Translations under genes and position numbers: made by a program
The notes under the pieces: model-generated
Seen by the model: only the letters and a program-made list of their open reading frames with translations
What the model was told of the DNA's origin: nothing
Databases searched by the model: none
Source of the DNA: Patescibacteria group bacterium
GTDB taxonomy: Bacteria; Patescibacteriota; Minisyncoccia; Phycocordibacterales; UBA9973
Reading direction: 5' to 3'
DNA: 64,000 bases
Assembly: GCA_038078255.1 (NCBI GenBank)
Contig: JBBUEH010000002.1
Location: 7,534-71,533 of the forward strand
Shown: positions 54,582 to 64,000 of the stretch, one piece after another
Position numbering within the stretch: position 1 is the stretch's first letter
How the letters are laid out: the number at the start of each line of letters is the position of its first letter

Positions 54582-55721
54582 TTATTGAAGTTTTCGCAAC
54601 GCAAGCCCAATCGCTACTCCAAATTCGGGACCGATATTTTGCAGTACTTTTTCTAAGAATGCCGGAGTGTTCACTTTCGAGAACGGGTGACCCACTTCTA
54701 TTTCTGCTCGAAGATTGTTGGCCGCTACTTCGACTAATCCCTTTAAAAGAGCTCCGCCACCGGTGAAGATTACTTTGCTGATAGTCCTATTGTACTTTTT
54801 CTCATATCCCAATAACACATTATTGATTTCAGCAAAAATATAATCAAGGTGCACTCTGATAATATCCGGCAAACCCTTTTCTGCTCCATTTTCAAAAAGA
54901 CCAAACTCTTTTTTCATCTTTTCCGCTTCGAAAAATGGAATGCTGAGAGCGGTGGAAATAGAAGTGGAGATGTCCGCTCCTCCCCTCTCGATGGTGTGAT
55001 AACTCTTGATCATGCCAAATTCGACAATAGAAAGTTTCGTCCGAGCGGCGCCGAAGTCTATCAACAACACTGGGGAAAGTTCATGTTCAAAATTAGCTCT
55101 AATGGAAGAAAATATTTCAATCTCAAAAAAGGAAGCAGTCAGAGAAGATTCTGAAACAATGGAGCGAAATTTGGAAATAGCATCATTTTGAGTGGCCACA
55201 ACAAGCACATTTTTCTTTTCTTCGGATTGAGCTGAAACATTGGAATCACTCACTTCTTTATTCATCTCTTCAAAAGAAGCTTCTTTCTGGGGTAAAACAA
55301 AATAATCCAGAGAAACTTCTGTCATGGCTATCGGAATATATTTACGAGCTTCGGTCGAAATTATCGTCGGCATTTCACTCTCGGACACTTGACCCGGAAG
55401 CGAAATGGAAAAAATCAAACTAGCCTGGACTGGGATAGCGAAGGCTCCTTCGGTACTACTCACCCCGGACTGCTTGAAAACTTCTTTGATGGCTTCGGCT
55501 ATTTTAAAAACTGGAAGATTCGTCACACTTCCAGCAGGGAGAGTGGCATAGGGGCCTAGAGCGATTGTTCCGTAAGTTTCCAGTATTGCTTTGCCTCTCT
55601 TTTTTTTAATCTCCACGATCTTGATGGCTGAAGAACCTATGTCAATACCGACAGCGCTCCCTTCTGCGCTACTTCCAAGATTGCTGATTTGTTCGAAAAA
55701 ACTTTTTAATGGATTACGCAT
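54582..55721 (-). CDS. pilM: Type IV pilus assembly protein (actin-like)
   Basis: VGIDIGSSAIK, IDFGA, FTGGGA, AIGLALR; start moved to ATG 55721. Confidence 0.93.
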   Translation of the reverse strand: MRNPLKSFFEQISNLGSSAEGSAVGIDIGSSAIKIVEIKKKRGKAILETYGTIALGPYATLPAGSVTNLPVFKIAEAIKEVFKQSGVSSTEGAFAIPVQASLIFSISLPGQVSESEMPTIISTEARKYIPIAMTEVSLDYFVLPQKEASFEEMNKEVSDSNVSAQSEEKKNVLVVATQNDAISKFRSIVSESSLTASFFEIEIFSSIRANFEHELSPVLLIDFGAARTKLSIVEFGMIKSYHTIERGGADISTSISTALSIPFFEAEKMKKEFGLFENGAEKGLPDIIRVHLDYIFAEINNVLLGYEKKYNRTISKVIFTGGGALLKGLVEVAANNLRAEIEVGHPFSKVNTPAFLEKVLQNIGPEFGVAIGLALRKLQ

Positions 55722-55743
55722 TCGTGTTAAGATTATAACATAT

Positions 55744-56415
55744 ATGCAGTTTTTAAACACAGTCTTAAACATCCTCTTCCCAATAAAGTGCCTCTCTTGC
55801 GGAATATCTGGAGCAGATTTATGTTTAACCTGCCTCGCTGACTGTCCGCCCGCCGAACGAGAAAGCGCCAAGTGGATTTTCCCTATTTTTGATTATCGCC
55901 ATCCACCGATCAAGAAAGCGTTGTGGTTCTTCAAATACAAAGGCAAGAAAGGGTTGGCAAACATCTTCGCCGAAATTTTATATGAAAGAATTTTAGAAGA
56001 AATGGCAGACTTGAGTGTTCTGGAAAATTTTCGTCACCCACTTTTGATCCCTATCCCTCTTTCTCCTTCCAGATATCGTGAACGAGGATACAATCAAGCC
56101 GAGTTGCTTGGTCGAGCATTAGTAAAAATAGACACTCTCCGCTCTGGCTTAGATCTAAAGTTAGAAAATAATATTTTAATTAAACCAAAAGACACAATAC
56201 ATCAAGCGCATATTGAAAACAGGTCAGAACGGCTCCGAAACATCATCGGTTCTTTCGCCCTAAAAAATAAAGAAGAAAATTTGAATAAAATAAAAAATAG
56301 AAACATCATTCTGATAGACGACATCACCACCACCGGCGCCACCCTGACCGAAGCCAAGAAAATCTTGAAACAACATGGTGCCAGAAAAATAATAGCTTTC
56401 ACCCTAGCGCATTAG
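55744..56415 (+). CDS. comF: Competence protein ComF (zinc finger plus PRTase)
   Basis: CLSC..CLTC, RGYNQAE, LIDDITTTGAT; start moved to ATG 55744. Confidence 0.93.
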   Translation: MQFLNTVLNILFPIKCLSCGISGADLCLTCLADCPPAERESAKWIFPIFDYRHPPIKKALWFFKYKGKKGLANIFAEILYERILEEMADLSVLENFRHPLLIPIPLSPSRYRERGYNQAELLGRALVKIDTLRSGLDLKLENNILIKPKDTIHQAHIENRSERLRNIIGSFALKNKEENLNKIKNRNIILIDDITTTGATLTEAKKILKQHGARKIIAFTLAH

Positions 56416-56441
56416 AAATTAATTTTTGATATACTGCTGTG

Positions 56442-57464
56442 ATGAAACCTGCAATCGGAATTTATATACCGTATTGGTTCCAAAATTGTAGTGAGTCAGA
56501 TAAAATGTTTGCGGACGAATTATTTAAGACCATAAAAAACAGTGGTCATTATAATCCGTTATTATTAAATTTATCTAAACTCAAACTATCTTCTCAAAAA
56601 GAGGCTCTAAAATTTTGTCATCACAATAATCTTGCGCTAATTATGCACCATGATTCACCATTTTTCTCATCAAATATAAGATATAAAAATAATGTCAGAT
56701 TTTTAGAAAACTGTGTTCCATTTGTTAATTCTACAAAAGCTCAAGAAATAGGTTATAACAAAATAACTACAAAAAATATTTTAAGAGAAAAAGGTTTACC
56801 TGTTTTAGATGATAAAATTGTGAGTTCTTTGTTAGATTTAGAAAATCACCTAGAAGAAGGTAAGCATTATGTGATAAAACCTCCCGATCAGGGCGCAGGT
56901 ACTGGAGTAAAACTTATTAAAAAAGAAGGTCAGCAACATCACGCATACCATAACGGAAAATGGCAAAAAGTAAAAATTTCAGACAACAAAAGAAAAGACA
57001 AGCCAAATAGTTTAACTTTAAAATATAGTTTTAATTTTTTTAAATCCCCATTTTTATTTCTTCAGAAAATTAATATTGATTTTACCTATAATCCTATGCT
57101 TGTAGAACCATATTTTAATGATGATGCAGAAGGATTTTCAAGTTTGCGTTGCACTGTTATCGGCAGTGAAGTAGTGGAAGCTGTCAAAAGAACTAACCAT
57201 AATAACATAACCTCAAATGTTTCCAGCGGAGGAACAGCAAAAAAATTTGAATTAAGTGATTATCAAAAAGAAATTGCTGTAGCCGCCAAAAATGCGATAG
57301 GTGCGGATTATGCTGGTGTTGATTTTCTGGTCAGTGGTGAAAAAACAGTTATCGGAGAAGTGAACATCGGACCATTTACTTTATGGCATGAACATTCTGG
57401 CGTAAATGTTGGTAAAATATTTGGCGAGTATCTTATGAAAAAATGTGATGGGATGCGGAAGTAA
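56442..57464 (+). CDS. RimK-like ATP-grasp ligase
   Basis: VIKPPDQGAGTGV, TSNVSSGG, YAGVDF, GEVN. Confidence 0.85.
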   Translation: MKPAIGIYIPYWFQNCSESDKMFADELFKTIKNSGHYNPLLLNLSKLKLSSQKEALKFCHHNNLALIMHHDSPFFSSNIRYKNNVRFLENCVPFVNSTKAQEIGYNKITTKNILREKGLPVLDDKIVSSLLDLENHLEEGKHYVIKPPDQGAGTGVKLIKKEGQQHHAYHNGKWQKVKISDNKRKDKPNSLTLKYSFNFFKSPFLFLQKINIDFTYNPMLVEPYFNDDAEGFSSLRCTVIGSEVVEAVKRTNHNNITSNVSSGGTAKKFELSDYQKEIAVAAKNAIGADYAGVDFLVSGEKTVIGEVNIGPFTLWHEHSGVNVGKIFGEYLMKKCDGMRK

Positions 57465-57467
57465 TTG

Positions 57468-57671
57468 TTACTTTTTGGAAGTTGAAGATTTGGTTTTTTC
57501 TTTTTCACTTTGTTCATCACGCCTAGCATCAGAAAGTTCCTGTTTGCGTTGCTCAAGTGTTTGTTCGATTTCTCGAACAGCCTGTTTAGCATCCTCTAGT
57601 TTTCTTCTTCTTATTTGAAGCTCTTCTTCGTTCCATCTTACTTTACCTTCTAGTTCGCTTACTTGACTCAT
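57468..57671 (-). CDS. Small coiled-coil hypothetical protein
   Basis: 67-aa E/R/K/Q-rich ORF between the two ATP-grasp genes. Confidence 0.6.
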   Translation of the reverse strand: MSQVSELEGKVRWNEEELQIRRRKLEDAKQAVREIEQTLEQRKQELSDARRDEQSEKEKTKSSTSKK

Positions 57672-57733
57672 ATAAATTTATAAGTTAATTAATAAAATAA
57701 TCCCCTGTTTTTTATTATAACTAAATTTAAACT

Positions 57734-58927
57734 TTACCGCCACAAATCCCAAATCGCGCCGGCGATGTTGCGAGGAGTGCCTTCGAGCGCATAATAATGT
57801 AAATCGATGAAAGGTAAAGTGTTGCACTCAATAATCCCCCAGCGTTGTGCATCAGCCGACTTCGTGGGGTCTGGAATAATAACATCAAAGCCAACAACCG
57901 GCAGATCCACAATATCAGCCGCTCGTTTTAAAATAGGAACAAAACTTGGATGTAATTGATCAAGCATCTCTCTCGTCCTCCCGCCGAAAAGTCGACCGGT
58001 GCGATAGGAAAGCGCTAAAGGAAATCCGAAAGGCAAAATATCCTTCAAGCCAAAGCCAGATCGTCGAATATAATTTTCCAATTCTTTATTCATTAAAACT
58101 TTTTCTACTCGATCGGGGCGCTTCTCATCTTTTTCTAAAATAAGTTCTCTGACGGTTTGCTTGCCGTCCCCGACGATAATAGGTGGAGATCCTCGATAAA
58201 ATCCCAATAATTTTCCCTGGACAAACGAGGCTCTACAGACATCTCCTTCTAGATGTTCCTCGACCGCTACGAAGGCGCATATTTCTCGAGCAATCTTGAT
58301 GCCCGCCCGAAACTGTTCCAGCGTATGAATATTGGTCACCGTATGCCGACCCCGAGAGCCTATTCTCGGCTTGACGATTATCGGCTTTTTGAATTTAGAA
58401 AATATTTGTTCTATATTTCGAGGGAAAAAAGTTGCAAATTGCAGATAGTGTGGAATAGGAATATTATTTTTAGAAAATTCTTTTTTCAATAAAAATTTAT
58501 CATCCCAATTTCTCTTCATGCTTAAAAGTCTCGAAGGTATCGGTAAACTATTGAAATAAACTAATTTACCCCTTCGTCTAGTTCGATATTGATCGAGCGG
58601 CCTGCCCCAAAGCATGAGTTGTTTCATTTTTATTCCTCGTCTTCTAGCTTCTTCCCAAATAACCCTGGAACGAAAGGTCTTGGCTTGATCAAGGTCGCTC
58701 GAGAGTTCGGCTAGACGAAAAAATAAAAGAGTTTCAAAAAAAGCCGTCAAAAGCCAATCCACGAAATCCTTCATGAAATCCGGAGCACGCCTCGTCGTTT
58801 TGATTATATGATTGTCAAAAGTAGTGGAAATTAAACTGACAAAATAAAAGAGAGCATGATGAATGGGCGCATCTCCACAATAAATACACGAACTCTTTTC
58901 TCGTTGTGGTTCTTTGAATTTTTTCAT
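57734..58927 (-). CDS. ATP-grasp protein resembling the cyanophycin synthetase N-terminal / GshAB domain
   Basis: DDKFLLK, IVKPRIGSRG, VGDGKQTV, GFDVI, IIECNTLP. Confidence 0.8.
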   Translation of the reverse strand: MKKFKEPQREKSSCIYCGDAPIHHALFYFVSLISTTFDNHIIKTTRRAPDFMKDFVDWLLTAFFETLLFFRLAELSSDLDQAKTFRSRVIWEEARRRGIKMKQLMLWGRPLDQYRTRRRGKLVYFNSLPIPSRLLSMKRNWDDKFLLKKEFSKNNIPIPHYLQFATFFPRNIEQIFSKFKKPIIVKPRIGSRGRHTVTNIHTLEQFRAGIKIAREICAFVAVEEHLEGDVCRASFVQGKLLGFYRGSPPIIVGDGKQTVRELILEKDEKRPDRVEKVLMNKELENYIRRSGFGLKDILPFGFPLALSYRTGRLFGGRTREMLDQLHPSFVPILKRAADIVDLPVVGFDVIIPDPTKSADAQRWGIIECNTLPFIDLHYYALEGTPRNIAGAIWDLWR

Positions 58928-59069
58928 CCCAGTATTATGTAAAGAGACAGCCTAAGCTGTCTCTTTAAAAACGAACGAGCATTTTTAGTGACCTCCTGTC
59001 ATAAAGAATTTGACTTGAGATTAATAATGGCGACCTTTGATATTATAGCACAAAAATAATGGAAGCAAG

Positions 59070-59158
59070 CGGAGCCGGGCGGATTCGAACCGCCGAGGGG
59101 TTTTGAAGCCCCTGCCTCTTTAGCAAAGAGGTACGTTAGACCACTCTGACACGGCTCC
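59070..59158 (-). tRNA. tRNA-Ser(GCT)
   Basis: CCTCT-TTGCTAA-AGAGG anticodon arm, long variable arm, G73; CCA not encoded. Confidence 0.93.
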
Positions 59159-59233
59159 ATTTCACCTAAATACTCTAACACATTATTATTGATTTTCCAT
59201 TTCATTTTTTTCTGCTATACTTTCTTTGCTTTT

Positions 59234-59320
59234 GGATGAGTGGGTGAGTGGCTTAAACCAGCGGTTTACTAAACCGCCGTCCCTTTAAAAGGACCGTGAG
59301 TTCGAATCTCACCTCATCCG
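59234..59320 (+). tRNA. tRNA-Ser(ACT)
   Basis: GGATGAG/CTCATCC acceptor stem, GCGGT-TTACTAA-ACCGC anticodon arm, long variable arm, GTTCGAATC T-loop, G73. Confidence 0.88.
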
Positions 59321-59381
59321 CCTTCGGTTTGCAATAGCGAACCTTTAATGTAATGAAATCAATTATAGAAAATAAAAAAAT

Positions 59382-59723
59382 ATGAAAGATTTATCTCCAA
59401 TTATTTTAAGAATAGGAATCGGATTAGTAATAATCTGGTTTGGTTTACAACAAATTAATACTCCCCTTGCTTGGGTTGTATATCTACCAACTTTTACAGA
59501 GAACCTGCCAATCAGTCAGACAACTTTTGTTTCCTTGAATGGATATTTCGAATTAATCTTCGGGATTTTGCTCGTAGCGGGATTTTTTACTAGAATTGTT
59601 GCTTTTTTCTTGGCATTACATCTCTTAGGAATAGTTTTGACTGTGGGGTATAACGAAATAGGTGTTCGGGATTTCGGTATTTTTATTGCCCTAGTCTCAA
59701 TTTTCTTATATGAAATGGAGTGA
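59382..59723 (+). CDS. DoxX-family membrane protein
   Basis: ILRIGIG..WFG, ELIFGILL..GFFTR, VRDFG. Confidence 0.8.
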   Translation: MKDLSPIILRIGIGLVIIWFGLQQINTPLAWVVYLPTFTENLPISQTTFVSLNGYFELIFGILLVAGFFTRIVAFFLALHLLGIVLTVGYNEIGVRDFGIFIALVSIFLYEME

Positions 59724-61986
59724 CAAATTAGAATTAAAATTCCGCTTAGATGAAAAACAAAAAAAAGCTTTGCGTAAGCTGAAACTTTTCTCGGTGGCTG
59801 ATCTCTTATACCACTTCCCTGTCAGATATAGCGACATAAGTACAGTGAAAAAAATTAGCGAACTAATTCCCGGTGAAATTGCCACGATCTATGGAAAAGT
59901 TTCAAATTTAAAAACTAAAAAAGGTTTCCACTCCAAGATTCCCATGGCAGAAGGCACGATTGAAGATATCTCTGGAAAAATAAAAATTATTTGGTTCAAC
60001 CAAGCGTATCTGGCAAAAATGCTTCATGAAGACGATAGCGTTAAACTCACGGGCAAGGTGACTCAAAGTAAAAGTCCTGCCCGCAATGCCTCCAGCATAG
60101 CTGGCGCAGGCGGGGGTATATACCTAGCCAATCCAGAATTTGAAAAAGTGCCAGATATGCCAATAGATGCGCATGATACTCTTTTTAGACCCCCTCGCCC
60201 TTTGGGCACTCCCCCTTCGCAGGGGGAGAGGATTCCTCCCCGCCTTAAGAAGGAGGGGGCAGGGGGTGGTCTCTCTTACCCCATCTATGCTGAGACCCGT
60301 GGAATAACTTCCAAGTGGTTTTATCATGCGATTGAAAAATTCTTGAGAGAAAAAACTCTCGATGGTGTTGCAGACTATCTTCCGAGTGATATTTTAAAAA
60401 AATATAATTTACCAGCCTTGAAAACTTCGTTCATCTGGATTCATAAACCGAAAAATAAAAACGATGCTGAATCTGCGAGGAAAAGATTTGCCTTTGAGGA
60501 AGTTTTTTGCATCCAACTCGAACGACAACATGACAAATTTGAATATAGGAAAAATAAATCTTTCCAAATTGTTTCGGAAAAAGAAAATGTTGAGAAGTTT
60601 TTAAAACGCTTTCCTTTTGAACCCACAAATTCTCAAAAAAAATCCATTGAAACAGTACTGGAAGATATGTCAAAAGATTTTCCAATGTCCCGTCTGCTTG
60701 AAGGAGATGTAGGGTCTGGGAAAACTGCCGTAGCGGCAACGGCAAGCTATATAACAGTGGCGCAAAGACCCTTCGACCACACTCAGGGCAAGCCACAAAA
60801 TTTCGGTAATCTGCAGGTTGCCTACATGGCACCGACAGAAATACTAGCCACCCAACACTTCGAATCATTCATTGAATATTTCCAACATCTGCCAATCAAT
60901 ATCGGACTGATTACTGGATCCGGTTGTCGTAAATTTCCTTCCAAAGTAAATCCGAGTGGCTGGACCACCATCTCTCGAGCACAACTATTGAAGTGGGTAG
61001 CCAATGGAGAAATACCAATTCTAATCGGCACCCATGCCCTCATTCAAAAAACAGTTAAATTTAAAAACTTGGCGCTCGTGGTAATAGATGAACAGCATAG
61101 ATTTGGCACGGAACAAAGAAGGAGATTAGTTAAAAAAGATGGACTGGCACCACACCTCCTCTCCATGACTGCCACTCCCATCCCTCGCACCCTGGCGTTC
61201 ACTATTTATGGCGATCTCGATCTCTCCCTCCTCGATGAAATGCCTCTGGGACGAAAACAAATAATTACAGAAATTATTCCGCCCAATAAAAGAGAAGAAA
61301 CTTACGAACAAATCAAGCAGGAATTAAAAAACGGCAGACAACTTTATGTAATTTGTCCGAGGATATTTGCACCTGACCCTGAAAAAGAATTAGCGCTGAA
61401 TGTAAAGTCTGCCACAGAAGAAGCTAAGCGATTAAAAAAAGAAGTTTTTCAAAAATATGAAATAGGCGTCTTGCACAGCCAGATGAGTAAAATTAAAAAA
61501 GAAGAAATAATGAAGGAATTTGCGAATGGCAAATTGAATATTCTCTGCGCCACCTCGGTAGTAGAAGTGGGTGTCAATGTGCCGAATGCTACAGTGATTG
61601 TTATTGAGGGCGCTGAACGGTTTGGTCTAGCCCAACTTCATCAACTTCGTGGACGAGTCATCCGAAGTAACCATCAAGCGTATTGCTACATTTTTGCCGA
61701 TGCTAAAAGTGACAAGACAATTGCCAGATTAAAAGCTCTCAAAACTGCCAAGAATGGCTTTGAATTAGCTGAACTTGACTTGACCCTCCGGGGCGCAGGC
61801 GAACTCGGCGGGACCAAACAGTGGGGCATCACCGACCTCGGCATGGAAGCGATTAAAAATATAAAAATGGTAGAAGCCGCCCGCACTGAAGCTATAAGAA
61901 TAATAGCCGAAGACCCTGAACTAAATAAATACCCTCTGCTTAAACAAAAAGTTCATGAAAAAGCTGGAGAATTCCATTTTGAGTAA
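59710..61986 (+). CDS. recG: ATP-dependent DNA helicase RecG
   Basis: GDVGSGKT, DEQHRFG, MTATPIPR, QLHQLRGRV. Confidence 0.97.
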   Translation: MKWSDKLELKFRLDEKQKKALRKLKLFSVADLLYHFPVRYSDISTVKKISELIPGEIATIYGKVSNLKTKKGFHSKIPMAEGTIEDISGKIKIIWFNQAYLAKMLHEDDSVKLTGKVTQSKSPARNASSIAGAGGGIYLANPEFEKVPDMPIDAHDTLFRPPRPLGTPPSQGERIPPRLKKEGAGGGLSYPIYAETRGITSKWFYHAIEKFLREKTLDGVADYLPSDILKKYNLPALKTSFIWIHKPKNKNDAESARKRFAFEEVFCIQLERQHDKFEYRKNKSFQIVSEKENVEKFLKRFPFEPTNSQKKSIETVLEDMSKDFPMSRLLEGDVGSGKTAVAATASYITVAQRPFDHTQGKPQNFGNLQVAYMAPTEILATQHFESFIEYFQHLPINIGLITGSGCRKFPSKVNPSGWTTISRAQLLKWVANGEIPILIGTHALIQKTVKFKNLALVVIDEQHRFGTEQRRRLVKKDGLAPHLLSMTATPIPRTLAFTIYGDLDLSLLDEMPLGRKQIITEIIPPNKREETYEQIKQELKNGRQLYVICPRIFAPDPEKELALNVKSATEEAKRLKKEVFQKYEIGVLHSQMSKIKKEEIMKEFANGKLNILCATSVVEVGVNVPNATVIVIEGAERFGLAQLHQLRGRVIRSNHQAYCYIFADAKSDKTIARLKALKTAKNGFELAELDLTLRGAGELGGTKQWGITDLGMEAIKNIKMVEAARTEAIRIIAEDPELNKYPLLKQKVHEKAGEFHFE

Positions 61987-63230
61987 AGAAGAATATTTTC
62001 AATTTCCATCAATCTGTCATACTTGCAAACTCTCTCTCCTCTTTCAAGCGAACCAGATTTAAAATACTCACAAGAAAGACCAACAGCAAGATCTGCGATA
62101 AAAGTATCTGTGGTTTCGCCAGAGCGATGAGAAACAAACGGCACCCAACCTTGTTTTTTTGTAAGTTGAATAGATTCTATCGTTTCAGAGAGAGTGCCGA
62201 TTTGATTCAGCTTTATAAGAACAGAGTTTATGGCTTTTTTCTCAATGGCGATTTGTATTCTTTTTACATTTGTAACAGTCAAATCATCACCTACAATTTT
62301 TATTTTATCACCAAGTTTTTTAGTCATTTCTGTAAATCCTTCCCAGTCATCTTCTGCCAATCCGTCCTCAATAAAAATTATTGGATGCTTTTTTGCTAAT
62401 TCTATATACCAATCAATCATCTCTCCGCTTGTTTTATTTTCTTTTTTCCCAGAAATTTTTAGATGATACATACCATCCTTGTAAAAAGTAGAAGCGGCAG
62501 CGTCTATGCCAATTTTTATTTCATCGAAAGAATGTCCAGCATCAAGAATTGCCTGCTCGATAAGTTCAAAGACTTCTTCGTTCGATGTAAGTTTGGGCGC
62601 AAATCCTCCCTCGTCTCCGACACTTATGGTATAGTTTTTTGCTTGTAATATTTTTTTGAGAGATGAAATAACTTCAGCTCCAGCTTGAATCTTTTTATGA
62701 AATGAATCGAATCCAATAGGAGCAAGCATAAACTCTTGAAAATCAAGCCCACTGTCAGAATGTTTACCCCCATTGATAACATTTAGCATCGGTTGTGGTA
62801 ACTTAAATTTTTTATTTTCAACGAGATTTCCTAAATATTCATATAACTCGATTTTTTGTTCTTTGGCGCAAGCGCGAGCAAAAGCTAAAGACACGCCAAG
62901 TATGGCGTTTGCGCCTAGTCGTGATTTATTTACTGTTCCATCCAGTTTTATCAGGGCTTGATCGAGCGTTGCTTGATTAAAATCTTTATTTTTAACAAAT
63001 TGGTAAATTTCAGAATTTACATTATGAACTGCCTTCAGCACTCCGAGGCCTTGATATCTCTCGTTGTCATCGTCACGTAATTCCAGAGCTTCATGTGTGC
63101 CTGTACTCTTACCGGATGGAATAGAAACTTCACCTAGTGAGCCATTTTCGAGCTTGCAAGAAACTTCAATAGTTGGGTTTCCTCGCGAATCAAGAATTTC
63201 CGTTGCTTTAAGTAATTTTATTTTTGCCAT
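61953..63230 (-). CDS. eno: Enolase
   Basis: ILDSRGNPT, GDEGGFAP, VSHRSGET; start moved to MAKIK at 63230. Confidence 0.97.
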   Translation of the reverse strand: MAKIKLLKATEILDSRGNPTIEVSCKLENGSLGEVSIPSGKSTGTHEALELRDDDNERYQGLGVLKAVHNVNSEIYQFVKNKDFNQATLDQALIKLDGTVNKSRLGANAILGVSLAFARACAKEQKIELYEYLGNLVENKKFKLPQPMLNVINGGKHSDSGLDFQEFMLAPIGFDSFHKKIQAGAEVISSLKKILQAKNYTISVGDEGGFAPKLTSNEEVFELIEQAILDAGHSFDEIKIGIDAAASTFYKDGMYHLKISGKKENKTSGEMIDWYIELAKKHPIIFIEDGLAEDDWEGFTEMTKKLGDKIKIVGDDLTVTNVKRIQIAIEKKAINSVLIKLNQIGTLSETIESIQLTKKQGWVPFVSHRSGETTDTFIADLAVGLSCEYFKSGSLERGERVCKYDRLMEIENILLYSKWNSPAFS

Positions 63231-63231
63231 T

Positions 63232-64000
63232 TTACAAAGGATTAAGGTGCGCTTTTTTATCCATATGCTTTTCTGCTTCAATTACAATTCTCTCCATCAT
63301 TGCCACAGCATCAACCGGATACTTACCTTTAGCTGTTTCTTCAGAAAGCATAACTGCATCAGAACCTTGAAGAATAGCATTGGCCACATCTGTTACTTCC
63401 GCTCTAGTTGGTATCTTATTTTCAACCATTGAAAGAAGCATCTGCGTTGCAACTATTACGGACTTGCCAAGACTTTTGGATATTTTGATTATTTTATCTT
63501 GAATAAATGGTATTTTTTCAATAGCAACATCATTGCCTAAATCCCCTCGTGCAATCATGACGGCATCTGCCTTTTCGACAATTTGATGAATAAATTCCAA
63601 AGCTACCGCTCGTTCTATTTTCGCAATTATTTTCTGTTTTCCGCCAAAATCATTTATGACTTTTCGGCATTTTTCTATATCTTCCGGCCCGGCGACAAAA
63701 GAAACCGCGACATAATCAATATTGTTTTCTACCGCAAACTTTATAAATTCCTCATCGTGCTCGGTAATTGAAGAGATAGCTCGATTGTCATAAGTATGAC
63801 CATCGTCCTTTTTGATGCGCGGTCCGGGCAAATCCACAATAATCGGAATTTTTTTATTGAATTCTTTTTCGAGATCTCGAATTAGGATTATTTGCGCTAT
63901 GCGTGTATTTATATCACTCCATGAAAAATTCAACCTGACAACATCAAGTTGATGCAAAACCATGGCTCTAAGCGTTTCCATTTTTGAAGAAGCCGGACCT
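63232..64000 (-). CDS. pyk: Minimal pyruvate kinase, 5' end off the window
   Basis: GPASS at the window edge, RLNFS, DLPGP, AKIE, MIARGDLG, TRAEVTDVANA, MLSEETA. Confidence 0.92.
   Translation of the reverse strand, partial: GPASSKMETLRAMVLHQLDVVRLNFSWSDINTRIAQIILIRDLEKEFNKKIPIIVDLPGPRIKKDDGHTYDNRAISSITEHDEEFIKFAVENNIDYVAVSFVAGPEDIEKCRKVINDFGGKQKIIAKIERAVALEFIHQIVEKADAVMIARGDLGNDVAIEKIPFIQDKIIKISKSLGKSVIVATQMLLSMVENKIPTRAEVTDVANAILQGSDAVMLSEETAKGKYPVDAVAMMERIVIEAEKHMDKKAHLNPL

Noticed and set aside
55722-55871. Long overlap between pilM and comF ORFs
   Set aside because: Artefact of longest-ORF start choice; ATGs at 55721 and 55744 give normal proteins without overlap
58940-58967. Palindrome TAAAGAGACAGC-CTAA-GCTGTCTCTTTA, and the one at 20696-20721, as new elements
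   Set aside because: Single copies that are adequately explained as terminators or operators; no family evident in the window

Overview
AT-rich bacterial chromosome segment using genetic code 11. Gene content, streamlined enzymes and a complete type IV pilus/competence locus suggest a Patescibacteria (CPR, Parcubacteria-like) genome; this is inference. Core genes include rpoB-rpoC-dnaG-rpoD, rpsP-khpA-trmD, rnr, rpmF-nusB-rnc-smc, thrS, pheS/pheT-gyrB, a UvrD-nuclease, ligA, the pil cluster with comF, recG, eno and pyk, plus three tRNA-Ser genes. Main signals: (1) two orphan PemK/MazF-like RNase genes flanking rpoC, each faced at its 3' end by a convergent sigma70 promoter driving a conserved ~55-nt two-hairpin RNA, a candidate RNA-antitoxin system, with a similar layout behind a NYN RNase; (2) a solo PaaX/Cas2-like gene bracketed by 34-bp palindromes, in the same layout as a RAYT transposase bracketed by REPs; (3) more than a dozen palindromic elements of several families inserted in frame in essential genes; (4) a hinge-less SMC with a central CxxC hook, a circularly permuted DsbA, a tRNA-Ser(ACT), and a cassette-like island downstream of trmD. 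All calls come from reading the sequence; no database searches were run.
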